Shown: positions 8,013 through 18,252, counted from the stretch's first letter. The stretch is 64,000 nt of DNA from Candidatus Omnitrophota bacterium (GCA_026387315.1 JAPLLY010000015.1:22825-86824), one strand, 5' to 3'. The notes: generated by a model not told the origin, from the letters alone. Numbers and translations are program-made.

Positions 8013-9350
8013 ATGGTAAAGAAAGTCGAAGAGTTTATGGATCTGGTAGTACAGAAGAACCCGGGGGAGGTGGAATTTCATCAGGCAGTAAGAGAGGTTG
8101 TGGAATCAGTAATGCCTTTTATTGAAAAAAATCCTAAATATCAGAAAGCTAAGATATTGGAAAAAATGATTGAACCGGAAAGAACAATAATATTTCGTGT
8201 TCCTTGGCTTGATGATCAAGGAGAAGTTCAAATTAACCGTGGTTACCGTATTGAAATGAGCAGTGCCATCGGGCCGTATAAAGGCGGGTTGCGCCTTCAT
8301 CCCAGTGTGAACTTGGGTATATTGAAATTTTTGGCTTTTGAGCAGGTTTTTAAGAATGCGCTTACTACTTTGCCTATGGGGGGCGGAAAAGGCGGCTCGG
8401 ATTTTGATCCTAAAGGGAAGTCGGATAATGAAGTAATGAAGTTTTGCCAAAGTTTTATGACTGAGCTTTCCAGGCATATTGGCCAGAATACCGATGTTCC
8501 AGCCGGGGATATCGGTGTAGGTGGCCGTGAAATAGGTTATATGTTTGGGCAGTATAAAAGGTTGCGCAATGAATTCACCGGTGTCTTGACCGGTAAAGGT
8601 CTTAATTGGGGCGGGAGCTTGATCCGGCCGGAAGCTACGGGTTATGGTTGCGTGTATTTTGTAGAAGAAATGCTTAAGCTGCGCGGAGATTCTTTAAAAG
8701 GAAAAGTTTGCGCGGTTTCCGGTTCAGGTAATGTTGCTCAATACACCGTGGAGAAGCTTCTGCAGCTGGGGGCTAAAGTAGTTACGCTCTCTGACTCTGA
8801 CGGGTATATTTATGATAAAGACGGTATTGACACTAAAGAGTTAAATTGCGTTTTAAATTTGAAAAATGTTAAGCGCGGCAGAATTAAAGAATGTGCCAAG
8901 GAATTTAACTGTAAGTATTTTGAAAAACAGAGGCCTTGGGGGATAAAATGCGATGTGGCATTTCCTTCCGCTACTCAGAATGAGATAGATGAAAATGATG
9001 CTAAGACCTTAGTGAAAAATGGCTGTATTGCTATTGGTGAAGGCGCAAATATGCCTACTACACCGCAAGGCGTTGAGGTATTTCAGAAGGCAAAAATTCT
9101 TTATGCGCCTGGTAAAGCCTCCAATGCCGGCGGGGTGGCTACCTCCGGATTAGAGATGTCTCAGAATAGCATGCGTTTATCCTGGTCGCGCCAGGAAGTG
9201 GATAAGAAGTTGCATGAGATTATGATTGCTATTCATGAGAGTTGCGTTAAATATGGCAAGGAAGATAAATATATAAATTATGTTAACGGAGCCAATATCG
9301 CTGGATTTGTGAAAGTTGCTGATGCCATGCTCGATCAGGGGTTGGTGTAA
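8013..9350 (+). CDS. gdhA: NADP-specific glutamate dehydrogenase
   Basis: GPYKGGLR, GGGKGG, DVPAGD, RPEATGYG; AGGAGG RBS favours the ATG at 8013. Confidence 0.96.
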   Translation: MVKKVEEFMDLVVQKNPGEVEFHQAVREVVESVMPFIEKNPKYQKAKILEKMIEPERTIIFRVPWLDDQGEVQINRGYRIEMSSAIGPYKGGLRLHPSVNLGILKFLAFEQVFKNALTTLPMGGGKGGSDFDPKGKSDNEVMKFCQSFMTELSRHIGQNTDVPAGDIGVGGREIGYMFGQYKRLRNEFTGVLTGKGLNWGGSLIRPEATGYGCVYFVEEMLKLRGDSLKGKVCAVSGSGNVAQYTVEKLLQLGAKVVTLSDSDGYIYDKDGIDTKELNCVLNLKNVKRGRIKECAKEFNCKYFEKQRPWGIKCDVAFPSATQNEIDENDAKTLVKNGCIAIGEGANMPTTPQGVEVFQKAKILYAPGKASNAGGVATSGLEMSQNSMRLSWSRQEVDKKLHEIMIAIHESCVKYGKEDKYINYVNGANIAGFVKVADAMLDQGLV

Positions 9351-9363
9351 GCAGCAGAAAATC

Positions 9364-9402
9364 AAGGGGACGGTTCTCTTAAAAAAAGAGAACCGTCCCC
9401 TT
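9364..9402. repeat. Family A palindrome, probably also acting as the gdhA terminator
   Basis: GGGGACGGTTCTC…GAGAACCGTCCCC followed by a T-tract. Confidence 0.85.
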
Positions 9403-9496
9403 TTTTCGTAAATGGCCGCTGTTTTTATTTTGATCCCTGCTGGCTTACGCCAGCAAGGACTACGCTAAATAAAAACTATAAGGTGCTTGATTGTAG

Positions 9497-9525
9497 TTGC
9501 AAGCTAAAGAGTAAAGTTGTAAAAT
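9497..9525 (+). promoter_or_regulatory. Putative sigma70 promoter, leaderless geometry
   Basis: TTGCAA-17-TAAAAT, ATG 7 nt downstream, no SD. Confidence 0.55.
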
Positions 9526-9532
9526 ATACTTC

Positions 9533-11452
9533 ATGGATAAAGATCAGATAGTTGAAGATTTCTTCCGCAGCTTAAGAGTTGCGCTCACCAATGCCTTTTC
9601 TTACCCTAAGGATCATCCTTATTTTATTAAATCCGTAGAGAATTTTAAGCTCAAGCTTGAGGCGCTTCTGGTTATTTTCAACCCGTTTAGAATTGGAGTA
9701 ACCAGCTTAGGGTTTGTAGTTGATGGCAAGAATCTTAACCGGACCGGTTTCTATGACGAATTGGCCCGCCTGCTGCATCAGCGTAAAATAAAAAGCATAG
9801 AAATCAGGGTCGGCTCAAACCTTGGCGAGTTAATTCAATTCCTTAGCGTTATTTCGTTACCGCAAAAGGAGTTTTTTAGAAACGGCGGCTTGGTCGCGCT
9901 TTTAGAGAAGGAACGGCTGACTCATTTTACGATTCAGGAGCTGGATTACTCCGCCTTCTTGCATGGAGAAGGACAGGAGTGTACTGATATTTGGGGATAT
10001 ATGCTTAAAGAGGCGGCGTATAGTAATGATGCTGTCAAAATGGACCAACTTGCTGATAGTTTTGGCTTGCTTATTAAGCGGGTTGATGAGAAAGATCTTT
10101 TTGATACCGAGGGGATTTCTACCCAGATTAATGAGTTTTTGACTTGTTTAAGGGACAAAAACAAAGAAAAGTTTGATAAATGTTTAAATGATGTTTTTCT
10201 TTGGCTCCTGCGCAATAAGAAAACACTTAGCCATGATAAGCTGGTAAAACTCAAACCGGTATTTAATGGTTTAAGCCAGGAGGAATTTACTACTCTTCTC
10301 AAAGAGGGGTTTTTGCAGGAAGATAATTTTGACTCTTTGAGCCTGCAGCTTTTTTCCAAAATCTCTGAACAGGAGGATTCCCCTAAGATTGCTAAAGATT
10401 TTTTTAGTAAAATGAGCCAGACACAGGAGTTAAAGGATAACCCCGTGGTGGTAAAGAAAATCCGGAATTTATTAAGCAGCTCCCAGGACGACCCGATGTC
10501 TGCGGTATACCGCAATACACTTGATTCTTTAGCTAAGAATATTTCTTTTTCCGGTAAACTGTCTTTTGACCACGCGACGCTTAAGGAAAATTACCGTCAT
10601 ATAGTTTTAAGCATACTGGCAACCGATGAAAAGACAAATACCCAGCAGATGGCAGCCGCGATTTTGGAGAAAGAGTTAGCTGGCGTATTCCAGGATAATG
10701 ATACCGGTTTACTAAAAGACCTTTGGAATGTGTTGGCCGAAAGAAAAAAAGAGGGCATAAAAGCATGCCTTGATCTTGAAAAGAGCCTTTCTTCTTTTAT
10801 CGAGAATATTGTTTTAAATGGCAGCCTGGCTTCTGAACAGGAATTTCTTCTAGAGATGGTTTCTTTGCCTAGCCAGGAGTTGAATTTATACTTGGATAAA
10901 ATATTTTCTGCTGAAAAAACAAATAAGCCGGCCCTAGGTTTATTTTTAAGATTATTTCAATTCAACCTGGATGTTTTTTATGAAAGAGTGGCCCAAAGAA
11001 TTCAGGATACGGAATTTATTGTTAGTTTAATTGACGCGCTAGGCCAGATTGATGCGTCCGCAACTCTAAACATATTAGAATATATTTATTCCGGTTCTAA
11101 TGAATTGGTTAAATTTGAATCGTTAAAAGCTATGCGTAAATCCAAGAAGGTGGACACCGCGTTTCTTACGCGCCAGTTAAATACGGATTCATTCCCCCTT
11201 AAGAAAGAACTAATTTCTGTTTTAATATTAGATGCGCAGGCAAAAAATGATGTTTTGAATCTGCTATTTAGAATTCCCAGTTTTCTGGGGAGTAAAAATG
11301 GACTGCTGATTAAAAATATGCAGATTGCTTTTGATCTGTATTTTATTGAAGCATCCGGCTGTATTAAGGATTTAAGCCGCAGAAGATTTTTCTGGAATAG
11401 CCAACTGCGTAATCAGGCAGCCCGGATATTAAAGGAGTGGAATGTCAGCTAA
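9533..11452 (+). CDS. Hypothetical helical/HEAT-repeat-like protein, partner of the HD-GYP protein
   Basis: 639-aa ORF; N-terminal YPKDHP domain; HEAT-like C-terminus (IDALGQID…ESLKAM). Confidence 0.65.
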   Translation: MDKDQIVEDFFRSLRVALTNAFSYPKDHPYFIKSVENFKLKLEALLVIFNPFRIGVTSLGFVVDGKNLNRTGFYDELARLLHQRKIKSIEIRVGSNLGELIQFLSVISLPQKEFFRNGGLVALLEKERLTHFTIQELDYSAFLHGEGQECTDIWGYMLKEAAYSNDAVKMDQLADSFGLLIKRVDEKDLFDTEGISTQINEFLTCLRDKNKEKFDKCLNDVFLWLLRNKKTLSHDKLVKLKPVFNGLSQEEFTTLLKEGFLQEDNFDSLSLQLFSKISEQEDSPKIAKDFFSKMSQTQELKDNPVVVKKIRNLLSSSQDDPMSAVYRNTLDSLAKNISFSGKLSFDHATLKENYRHIVLSILATDEKTNTQQMAAAILEKELAGVFQDNDTGLLKDLWNVLAERKKEGIKACLDLEKSLSSFIENIVLNGSLASEQEFLLEMVSLPSQELNLYLDKIFSAEKTNKPALGLFLRLFQFNLDVFYERVAQRIQDTEFIVSLIDALGQIDASATLNILEYIYSGSNELVKFESLKAMRKSKKVDTAFLTRQLNTDSFPLKKELISVLILDAQAKNDVLNLLFRIPSFLGSKNGLLIKNMQIAFDLYFIEASGCIKDLSRRRFFWNSQLRNQAARILKEWNVS

Positions 11453-12773
11453 GATTGAGGTAGTTTTTAAAGAGCTGCTTACTTGTCTTCAGAGTGCTAA
11501 GATGTACGGCCTAGTGCATCCTATGTTTCAGAATTCTCTAAAGAAGGCATATGCGGCTTTTGAGGATGTTTTAAGTGATCGCCAGGAGGTAGTTCTTGGT
11601 ATCGTAGGGGATGAACTGGCTTATGATAAAGAAATTTTCTTCGATTTAGGCAAGTTTTTAAGGCCGGCAATACTGTATTTGAAAGAGAGGAATATCCAGA
11701 GGCTTGCTTTTTACCGCGGGTTAAGCAAGGAAGAGTTGGGTAAATTTGTGGGCGTGATCAGCGGTCCGAAAGAGGATTTTAAGGCAGGCCCGCAACAACT
11801 ATTGGCCTTGGCTGGAGTAGAAAATATAAGCATAGGTAAACTTAAAGTTGCCGACAGACAGGATATGGGTGTATTGGAATTTAACCAGCTTAATCTTTAC
11901 GATTTTTCTATGAATAAGGTTGCCCAGGTTGTATCCAGTGTGCTTAATCTTGAAAAGATTGATCCGCAGGCGCTCAAGCTTTCCTTAAATAACATTATTG
12001 ATAGTTTAAGTACACAGCGCCAAGAGCTGCTAAATTTAGCCACGGTAAAAAGATATGATGTGGAAGTTTACGTGCATATGCTTAATGTTGCAATCTTTTC
12101 CACGTATTTTTCTTCGCGTTTAGGGTTCCAGAAGAACGATGTTTTAGATATAGGCATAGCGGCTCTTTTTCATGACATTGGCAAGTTGTATATTTCGCGT
12201 AAAACTTTGCGTAAACCTAATCAACTTACTGAGGAGGAGTTTAGCCGCATTAAGAGCCACACGGTTTTGGGCGCGGAGTTTATGTTTAAGTATATTGATA
12301 GTTTGGGTATTTTACCAGTGGTAGTCAGTTTTGAGCATCATTTAAAATATGATTCTTCCGGATATCCACGCATGCCTTGGTTAAGAAAGCAGCATATCGC
12401 TTCTGCAATTGTCGCTATCTGTGATGTTTATGATGCCCTTTCGCAAAGGCGCGGCTATAAACAGGATTATTCCCCGGATGTGGTTTATAATATAATGAAT
12501 AGAGATAAGGGGAGCTACTTTGATCCGGAGCTGCTGGATAATTTTTTTAAATTTATGGGTCTTTGGCCGATCGGCGCAGTAGTAGGATTAAATGACGCAA
12601 GCATAGCATTAGTCAGGGAACAGAATGAATCTGATATCCGGCGGCCAAAAATTGAGATCGTTTCGCCACAAGATAGAAAACGCCTGGTGGATTTAACCCA
12701 AGATGTTACCTTAAGTATCGAACGTTATCTTAACCCTTGGAAGGAAGGAAAGGAGTATTTGCGGTTGGGTTAG
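11442..12773 (+). CDS. HD-GYP domain phosphodiesterase
   Basis: ALFHDIGK, HHLKYDSSGYP, DVYDALSQRRGYK, FDP. Confidence 0.9.
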   Translation: MSAKIEVVFKELLTCLQSAKMYGLVHPMFQNSLKKAYAAFEDVLSDRQEVVLGIVGDELAYDKEIFFDLGKFLRPAILYLKERNIQRLAFYRGLSKEELGKFVGVISGPKEDFKAGPQQLLALAGVENISIGKLKVADRQDMGVLEFNQLNLYDFSMNKVAQVVSSVLNLEKIDPQALKLSLNNIIDSLSTQRQELLNLATVKRYDVEVYVHMLNVAIFSTYFSSRLGFQKNDVLDIGIAALFHDIGKLYISRKTLRKPNQLTEEEFSRIKSHTVLGAEFMFKYIDSLGILPVVVSFEHHLKYDSSGYPRMPWLRKQHIASAIVAICDVYDALSQRRGYKQDYSPDVVYNIMNRDKGSYFDPELLDNFFKFMGLWPIGAVVGLNDASIALVREQNESDIRRPKIEIVSPQDRKRLVDLTQDVTLSIERYLNPWKEGKEYLRLG

Positions 12774-12905
12774 ATTATTGCGCTCCATAAGTTGTAGGGA
12801 AAGATCCCTCGTCCGCCACTGAATCAATGGCGGACGCGGGATTAATTCCGGCAAATAGTTTACGGTAACTAACGTTACCGTAAACTATGCCGTCATTAAA
12901 ATAAA

Positions 12906-12934
12906 TTGACTTTCCTGTAAACTAATGTTATAGT
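12906..12934 (+). promoter_or_regulatory. Putative sigma70 promoter for carAB
   Basis: TTGACT-17-TATAGT with extended TG. Confidence 0.65.
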
Positions 12935-12938
12935 TATT

Positions 12939-12988
12939 TAAACAAAGGCGTTTAGGAGCCGAATACTCGGCACTAAACGCCTTTTTTT
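12939..12988 (+). terminator. Leader terminator overlapped by an ANTAR-like hexaloop hairpin upstream of carA
   Basis: TAAAC-AAAGGC-GTTTA hairpin overlaps aaaggcgtttag…ctaaacgccttt plus a T-tract. Confidence 0.7.
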
Positions 12989-13018
12989 GATGGTCGAGGT
13001 TATCAGAGGAAAGCAGTT

Positions 13019-14110
13019 ATGCAGGCAATTTTAGTTTTAGAAGATGGTACAGTGTTTAAAGGTAACTCTTTTGGCTCAAGCGGTGAAGCTCTGGGTGAAG
13101 TAGTCTTTAATACCAGTATGGCCGGATACCAGGAGATTATTACGGATCCTTCCTATAAAGGCCAAATTGTGACGATGACCTATCCTTTGATTGGTAATTA
13201 TGGAATTAATAAAGAGGATGTTGAAAGCCGCCGGCCTTTCTTAGAAGGTTTTGTAGTTAAGGAGTACAGCAAGATCGCCAGCAACTGGAGGAAAGAGCAG
13301 GGGTTAGGAGAATATTTGAAAGAAAATAATATTCTGGCAATTGAAGGAATTGATACCCGCCGGCTGACTCTGCATATCAGAGAAAAAGGCTCGATGAAAG
13401 CAGTCCTCTCTACGGTAGATTTTGATGAACATAGTCTGGCCAACAAAGCCAGATCAAGCAGGGGTTTAGCCGGCCTGGATCTGGTTAAGGATGTTACTAT
13501 CCCCAAAAGATATGCTTATACGCGGATTAAAGACGCTAAATTTAAGGTGGTGGTCTTAGATTGCGGGGTAAAGTATAATATATTAAGAGAATTACTGCGT
13601 TATAAATGCAATATTACGGTAATGCCTGCGCAGACAACCGCTAAGGATATTCTTGCGGCCCATCCTGATGGAGTCTTGCTTTCTAACGGGCCGGGGGATC
13701 CGGCGGCAGTAGATTATGTGGTCAAGACGGTTGCTACTTTGATTGGCCGTGTTCCGATTTTCGGAATTTGCCTGGGGCATCAGATGCTCGGGCTTGCCTT
13801 AGGGGGTAAGACTTATAAGCTTAAGTTCGGACATCATGGCGCAAACCATCCGGTAAAAGATTTAAAGACAAATAAAGTTTATATCACTAGCCAGAATCAC
13901 TCTTTCTGTGTGGACATTGATTCTTTGCCGAAAAAAGATATCCAGCTGACGCATGTAAATTTAAATGACGGTACTTTAGAGGGGTTGCGGCATAAAAAAT
14001 TACCGATATTTTCCGTGCAGTTTCATCCGGAAGCAGCCCCTGGCCCGCAGGATGCCGAATATTTATTCGCGGAATTCGCCCGATTAATGCAAAAGTCAAA
14101 AAAAAGATAA
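13019..14110 (+). CDS. carA: Carbamoyl-phosphate synthase small subunit
   Basis: [28 protein letters not shown]. Confidence 0.97.
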   Translation: MQAILVLEDGTVFKGNSFGSSGEALGEVVFNTSMAGYQEIITDPSYKGQIVTMTYPLIGNYGINKEDVESRRPFLEGFVVKEYSKIASNWRKEQGLGEYLKENNILAIEGIDTRRLTLHIREKGSMKAVLSTVDFDEHSLANKARSSRGLAGLDLVKDVTIPKRYAYTRIKDAKFKVVVLDCGVKYNILRELLRYKCNITVMPAQTTAKDILAAHPDGVLLSNGPGDPAAVDYVVKTVATLIGRVPIFGICLGHQMLGLALGGKTYKLKFGHHGANHPVKDLKTNKVYITSQNHSFCVDIDSLPKKDIQLTHVNLNDGTLEGLRHKKLPIFSVQFHPEAAPGPQDAEYLFAEFARLMQKSKKR

Positions 14111-14114
14111 ATTT

Positions 14115-15776
14115 ATGCCCAAGAGAACGGATATTAAGAAAATTTTAATTATTGGTTCCGGCCCCATTGTTATTGGCCAGGCCTGCGAATTTGATTATTC
14201 CGGTACCCAGGCTTGTAAAGTTTTAAAACAACAGGGGTATAAGATAATCTTGGTAAATTCTAATCCGGCAACCATTATGACCGATCCGGAGATTGCCGAT
14301 AAGACTTATATTGAACCGATCACCGTAGAAATAGTGGAGAAGATTATTGCTAAGGAAAGGCCGGATGCGCTCTTGCCTACTCTTGGCGGTCAGACTGCCT
14401 TGAATACCACGATCGGGTTAGCGCAGAAGGGGGTATTAAAGAAATATAAGGTTACGACTATTGGAGCGGATATTCAGGCGATAAAAAAAGGCGAGGACCG
14501 CCAATTGTTTAAGGCGGCGATGAAAAAGATCGGATTGGACCTGCCCAAAAGCGGCCGAGCTTATAATCTGGAGGAAGCAATTGCCGTTTCGCAGAAAGTC
14601 GGTTTTCCTCTGATTATCCGGCCTAGTTTTACGATGGGAGGAGCCGGAGGCTCAATCGCTTACAATATCGAAGAGTTTAAGGTTTTAGCTAAGCGCGGCC
14701 TGGAATCTAGCCTGATTAGCGAGATCCTGGTTGAAGAGTCGGTTATCGGTTGGAAAGAGTTTGAGCTGGAAGTCATGCGTGATTTAAAAGACAATGTTGT
14801 GGTTATTTGTACGATTGAAAATTTTGATCCGATGGGCGTGCATACCGGAGACAGTATTACCGTGGCGCCAATTCAGACCCTTACCAATAAAGAGTATCAG
14901 CTGATGCGTAATGCCGCTATTGCTTGTATCCGCGAGATTGGCGTAGCCACCGGCGGTTCCAATATCCAGTTTGCCGTGCATCCGGAAACCGGTAGGATGG
15001 TGGTCATTGAGATGAATCCCCGGGTTTCGCGCAGTTCAGCATTATCTTCAAAAGCCACAGGTTTTCCGATTGCCAAGATTGCGGCTAAGCTTGCCGTAGG
15101 GTATACTTTGGATGAGATTCCCAATGATATCACCCAGCTAACCCCTGCTTGTTTTGAGCCGGCGATTGATTATTGCGTGGTAAAGATACCGCGTTTTACC
15201 TTTGAAAAATTTGCTTTGGCAGAGAATACGCTGGGAATATCAATGAAGTCAGTGGGCGAGGCGATGGCAATCGGCCGCACATTCAAAGAAGCTTTGCAGA
15301 AAGGGCTGCGCGCATTAGAGCTTAAGAAGTTTGGTTTAGAAAGTATTATCTTTAAGAATCCGGAAGAGACTAAAGTTGAAAATGAGATTTTAGATAAAAT
15401 TTATAAGAAATTAAGACAGCCTAATGCTGAAAGGATTTTTTATATTGGCGATGCTTTTCGCGCTAAATTGGATATTGAAATAGTACATGATTTAACTAAG
15501 ATCGACCGCTGGTTTTTGCATAACATCAAAGAGATCGTTGATTGCGAGAGAGAGATACTTAAGAATAAGCCTAACATTTCTGGCGAACTTCTGAAGAAGG
15601 CTAAGGAGTATGGTTTTAGCGATAAACAGTTGGCCAAGCTTTTATCAATAAGTGAGATCGAGGTTTATAATTTAAGAAGATCGATGAATATAACTGTCGA
15701 TTTTAAACTGGTGGATACCTGTGCCGGAGAGTTTAAGGCGCAAACCCCTTATTTTTACTCTACTTATGATAAATAA
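14115..15776 (+). CDS. carB: Carbamoyl-phosphate synthase large subunit, N-terminal half only (split CarB)
   Basis: MPKRTDI…[22 protein letters not shown]; ends at VDTCAGEF…YFYSTYDK, the boundary before the second ATP-grasp domain. Confidence 0.9.
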   Translation: MPKRTDIKKILIIGSGPIVIGQACEFDYSGTQACKVLKQQGYKIILVNSNPATIMTDPEIADKTYIEPITVEIVEKIIAKERPDALLPTLGGQTALNTTIGLAQKGVLKKYKVTTIGADIQAIKKGEDRQLFKAAMKKIGLDLPKSGRAYNLEEAIAVSQKVGFPLIIRPSFTMGGAGGSIAYNIEEFKVLAKRGLESSLISEILVEESVIGWKEFELEVMRDLKDNVVVICTIENFDPMGVHTGDSITVAPIQTLTNKEYQLMRNAAIACIREIGVATGGSNIQFAVHPETGRMVVIEMNPRVSRSSALSSKATGFPIAKIAAKLAVGYTLDEIPNDITQLTPACFEPAIDYCVVKIPRFTFEKFALAENTLGISMKSVGEAMAIGRTFKEALQKGLRALELKKFGLESIIFKNPEETKVENEILDKIYKKLRQPNAERIFYIGDAFRAKLDIEIVHDLTKIDRWFLHNIKEIVDCEREILKNKPNISGELLKKAKEYGFSDKQLAKLLSISEIEVYNLRRSMNITVDFKLVDTCAGEFKAQTPYFYSTYDK

Positions 15777-15807
15777 AGGGGGCGGTTTTCTTTTCCCTGA
15801 AAATCCC

Positions 15808-15829
15808 GGGGACGGTTCGAACCGTCCCC
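15808..15829. repeat. Family A palindrome, minimal copy with no spacer
   Basis: ggggacggttcgaaccgtcccc. Confidence 0.8.
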
Positions 15830-15995
15830 TTGTTTTTAAGGCGGATAAAATTTACGCGCTTTACAAAGCATGAATGGCATAATATAATGTTTTTGATGGT
15901 ACAGGAAAGTATAAAACACTTTCCCATACCACTGCGAAAATCGCTTCAAAGTCATCGCCGAAGGCGATTTTCTTGCGGTATAGGAAAGTATATAA

Positions 15996-16552
15996 TAACA
16001 GACCGACTATCCCCGGGCTTTAGCCCGGGGCAGTAAAGGGCTGCGAAGCGAAGCCAGAATTTTTCTGGCTGAGCGAAGGGCATTGTGGCATAATCTGGTT
16101 ATGGCCAGATACTGGAAAGGCGCACATACACGGCACAAACTGCAATACCATTTGGTATGGGTACCCAAGTATCGTAAACGGGTGCTACGAGGTAAAATAG
16201 CCTATCGTTTAAAAGGGCTGCTCTACGATGGGTGCAGGATGAACCGTTGGTGGATAGGAAAGATGAGTATCCAAGACGACCATGTGCATTTATTGCTACA
16301 GTTGCGGGCAAGTGATAGCATTGCTGAGTCAGTCCGGATATTGAAAGGCGGCACAAGCAGGATAATCCGCAAGGAGTTTCCAGAACTGGAAGAGTTTTTA
16401 TGGGGCGATAGTTTCTGGGCGGATGGCTATTTTGCCGAATCGGTAGGTCATGTCGATGAAGAAGTCATCAAAAAGTATATTGATGAGCAACGCAAATAAC
16501 CAGATTATGCAGAAGGTTTGAAACCACGGGCTTTAGCCCGTGGAGTATTCAT
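15996..16552 (+). mobile_element. IS200/IS605-family element (tnpA only)
   Basis: Subterminal hairpins ccccgggctttagcccgggg (16011) and ccacgggctttagcccgtgg (16524); ends defined by the empty copy of the host repeat at 21150-21289; no target duplication. Confidence 0.88.
16101..16499 (+). CDS. tnpA: IS200/IS605 Y1 (HUH) transposase
   Basis: YHLVWVPKYR, DHVHLL (HUH), LKGGTSR, FWADGYF…YIDEQ. Confidence 0.95.
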   Translation: MARYWKGAHTRHKLQYHLVWVPKYRKRVLRGKIAYRLKGLLYDGCRMNRWWIGKMSIQDDHVHLLLQLRASDSIAESVRILKGGTSRIIRKEFPELEEFLWGDSFWADGYFAESVGHVDEEVIKKYIDEQRK

Positions 16553-16668
16553 TACTTTCCTATACAAGCCCCCCCTGCTTCGCTTTGCGAAGCAAAGCGG
16601 GGGGGCAAGAAAATTTACTCTAAGACTTTGCCTACTAAAAAGTCATTTACCGAAGGTAAATTTTCTTG
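16553..16668. repeat. Right part of a ~140-bp multi-hairpin repeat interrupted by the IS (left part 15971-15995)
   Basis: Near-identical to 21175-21289. Confidence 0.9.
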
Positions 16669-16684
16669 AAATAACGAGGGGAAA

Positions 16685-18211
16685 ATGATTAAAAAAATTG
16701 GTTTTGATAACGAGAAATACCTTAAAGATCAGACGGCTGCTATTCTGGGTAGAGTAAAGAGTTTTGATAATAAGCTTTACTTGGAATTTGGAGGTAAGCT
16801 TTGTTTTGACTATCACGCCGCGCGCGTCCTGCCGGGTTATGATCCTAATGTTAAGATCAGGCTATTGCAGTGTTTAAAGGATAAGATTGATATCGTGCTT
16901 TCTATATATGCCGCAGATATTGAAAGAGGCAGGGTGCGCGGAGATTTCGGGATTACTTACGATGCCGCTACCTTAAAATTAATCGATGATTTAAGAAAAT
17001 GGGGATTGGATATCTTGGCGGTTGTGATTACGCGTTTTGCTAATCAGCCGTCGGCAACAATATTCAAGAATAAACTGGAGCGCCGCGGAGTGAAGGTTTA
17101 TCTGCATTATCCAATTTCGGGTTATCCGGTTGATGTGGATGCTATAGTGAGTGAAAATGGTTTTGGAAAAAATGATTATATCCAAACTAAGAATCCCATC
17201 GTGGTGGTTACTGCTCCCGGTCCTAACAGCGGCAAGCTATCTACCTGTCTTTCGCAGTTATTTCATGAGCATAAACGCAAGATAAACGCCGGATACGCCA
17301 AATTTGAAACCTTTCCGATTTGGAACTTGCCGCTTAAACATCCGGTTAATGTTGCTTATGAAGCAGCTACGGCCGATATTCAGGATTTTAACCTCATCGA
17401 CCCGTTCCATTTGGAGAAATATAATCAGAGCGCGGTTAACTATAACCGCGATGTAGAAAGTTTTCCTATTCTTAAGCTTATGTTAAGCAGGATTTTTACC
17501 AAGAATTATAATTTGCCTGCTTATAATTCTCCTACGGATATGGGGGTTAACCGCGCGGGCTTTGGAATTATCGAAGATCAGGTAGTGCAGGATGCGGCTA
17601 AGCAAGAGCTTATTCGCCGGTATTTTAGATATAACAGCGAATACGTTTTAGGCATTGAGAAAAAAGAAACCGTGGATCGGGTAGTTTTACTGATGGAGGA
17701 GATGGGGTTAAAAGTTACGGACCGGGCGGTCGTAGAAATAGCCAGGAAAGCTGCGGAAGCCGCGGAGAAGGCTGATAAGGGGCATGACGGAATATTCTGT
17801 GGAGCAGCAATTCAGCTAAGCAGCGCAGAGATAATTACGGGGAAGAATTCCAAGCTTATGCATGCCGCATCTAGCCTGGTGATGAACGCGCTTAAGGCGC
17901 TAGCGCGCATTCCGGATGAGATACTGCTTTTGAGTCCACAGGTTATAAATCAGATTGCCAAACTAAAAAAAGATATTTTAAAGGCGGATTCAGAGAGCTT
18001 GGATTTAGAAGAGTGTTTAATTGCCCTTGCTATAAGCGCGGCGACCAGTCATACCGCGGAGCTGGCGATGCAAAAGCTTGGCCAGCTGAAAGGCTGTGAA
18101 GTACATATGACACATATTCCTACTCCGGGAGATGAGGTGGGGCTAAAGCGATTAGGAGTAAATCTGACCACTGATGGAAGGTTCTCCTCCCGTAATCTTT
18201 TTGTAACCTAA
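16685..18211 (+). CDS. DUF1846 family protein
   Basis: GFDNEKY, KLYLEFGGKL..DYHAARVLPG, APGPNSGK, GYAKFETFPIWN. Confidence 0.9.
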   Translation: MIKKIGFDNEKYLKDQTAAILGRVKSFDNKLYLEFGGKLCFDYHAARVLPGYDPNVKIRLLQCLKDKIDIVLSIYAADIERGRVRGDFGITYDAATLKLIDDLRKWGLDILAVVITRFANQPSATIFKNKLERRGVKVYLHYPISGYPVDVDAIVSENGFGKNDYIQTKNPIVVVTAPGPNSGKLSTCLSQLFHEHKRKINAGYAKFETFPIWNLPLKHPVNVAYEAATADIQDFNLIDPFHLEKYNQSAVNYNRDVESFPILKLMLSRIFTKNYNLPAYNSPTDMGVNRAGFGIIEDQVVQDAAKQELIRRYFRYNSEYVLGIEKKETVDRVVLLMEEMGLKVTDRAVVEIARKAAEAAEKADKGHDGIFCGAAIQLSSAEIITGKNSKLMHAASSLVMNALKALARIPDEILLLSPQVINQIAKLKKDILKADSESLDLEECLIALAISAATSHTAELAMQKLGQLKGCEVHMTHIPTPGDEVGLKRLGVNLTTDGRFSSRNLFVT

Positions 18212-18244
18212 ACATAAACTTAAACTTCGTTTAAGTTTATGTTT
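18210..18244. terminator. Perfect 16-bp hairpin after the DUF1846 gene
   Basis: aaacataaacttaaac-ttc-gtttaagtttatgttt. Confidence 0.5.
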
Positions 18245-18252
18245 TTCTGATC

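Noticed and set aside
14115-15776. carB as an IS-disrupted pseudogene
   Set aside because: The stop is at the natural domain boundary about 220 bp before the IS, and no carB remainder follows the IS
15830-16036. 68-aa ORF upstream of tnpA
   Set aside because: Runs through hairpin repeats and across the IS left end, and has no protein features
16499-16685. tnpB or omega-RNA associated with the IS200 element
   Set aside because: The right end lies about 50 nt after the tnpA stop, leaving no room, and the next gene is DUF1846
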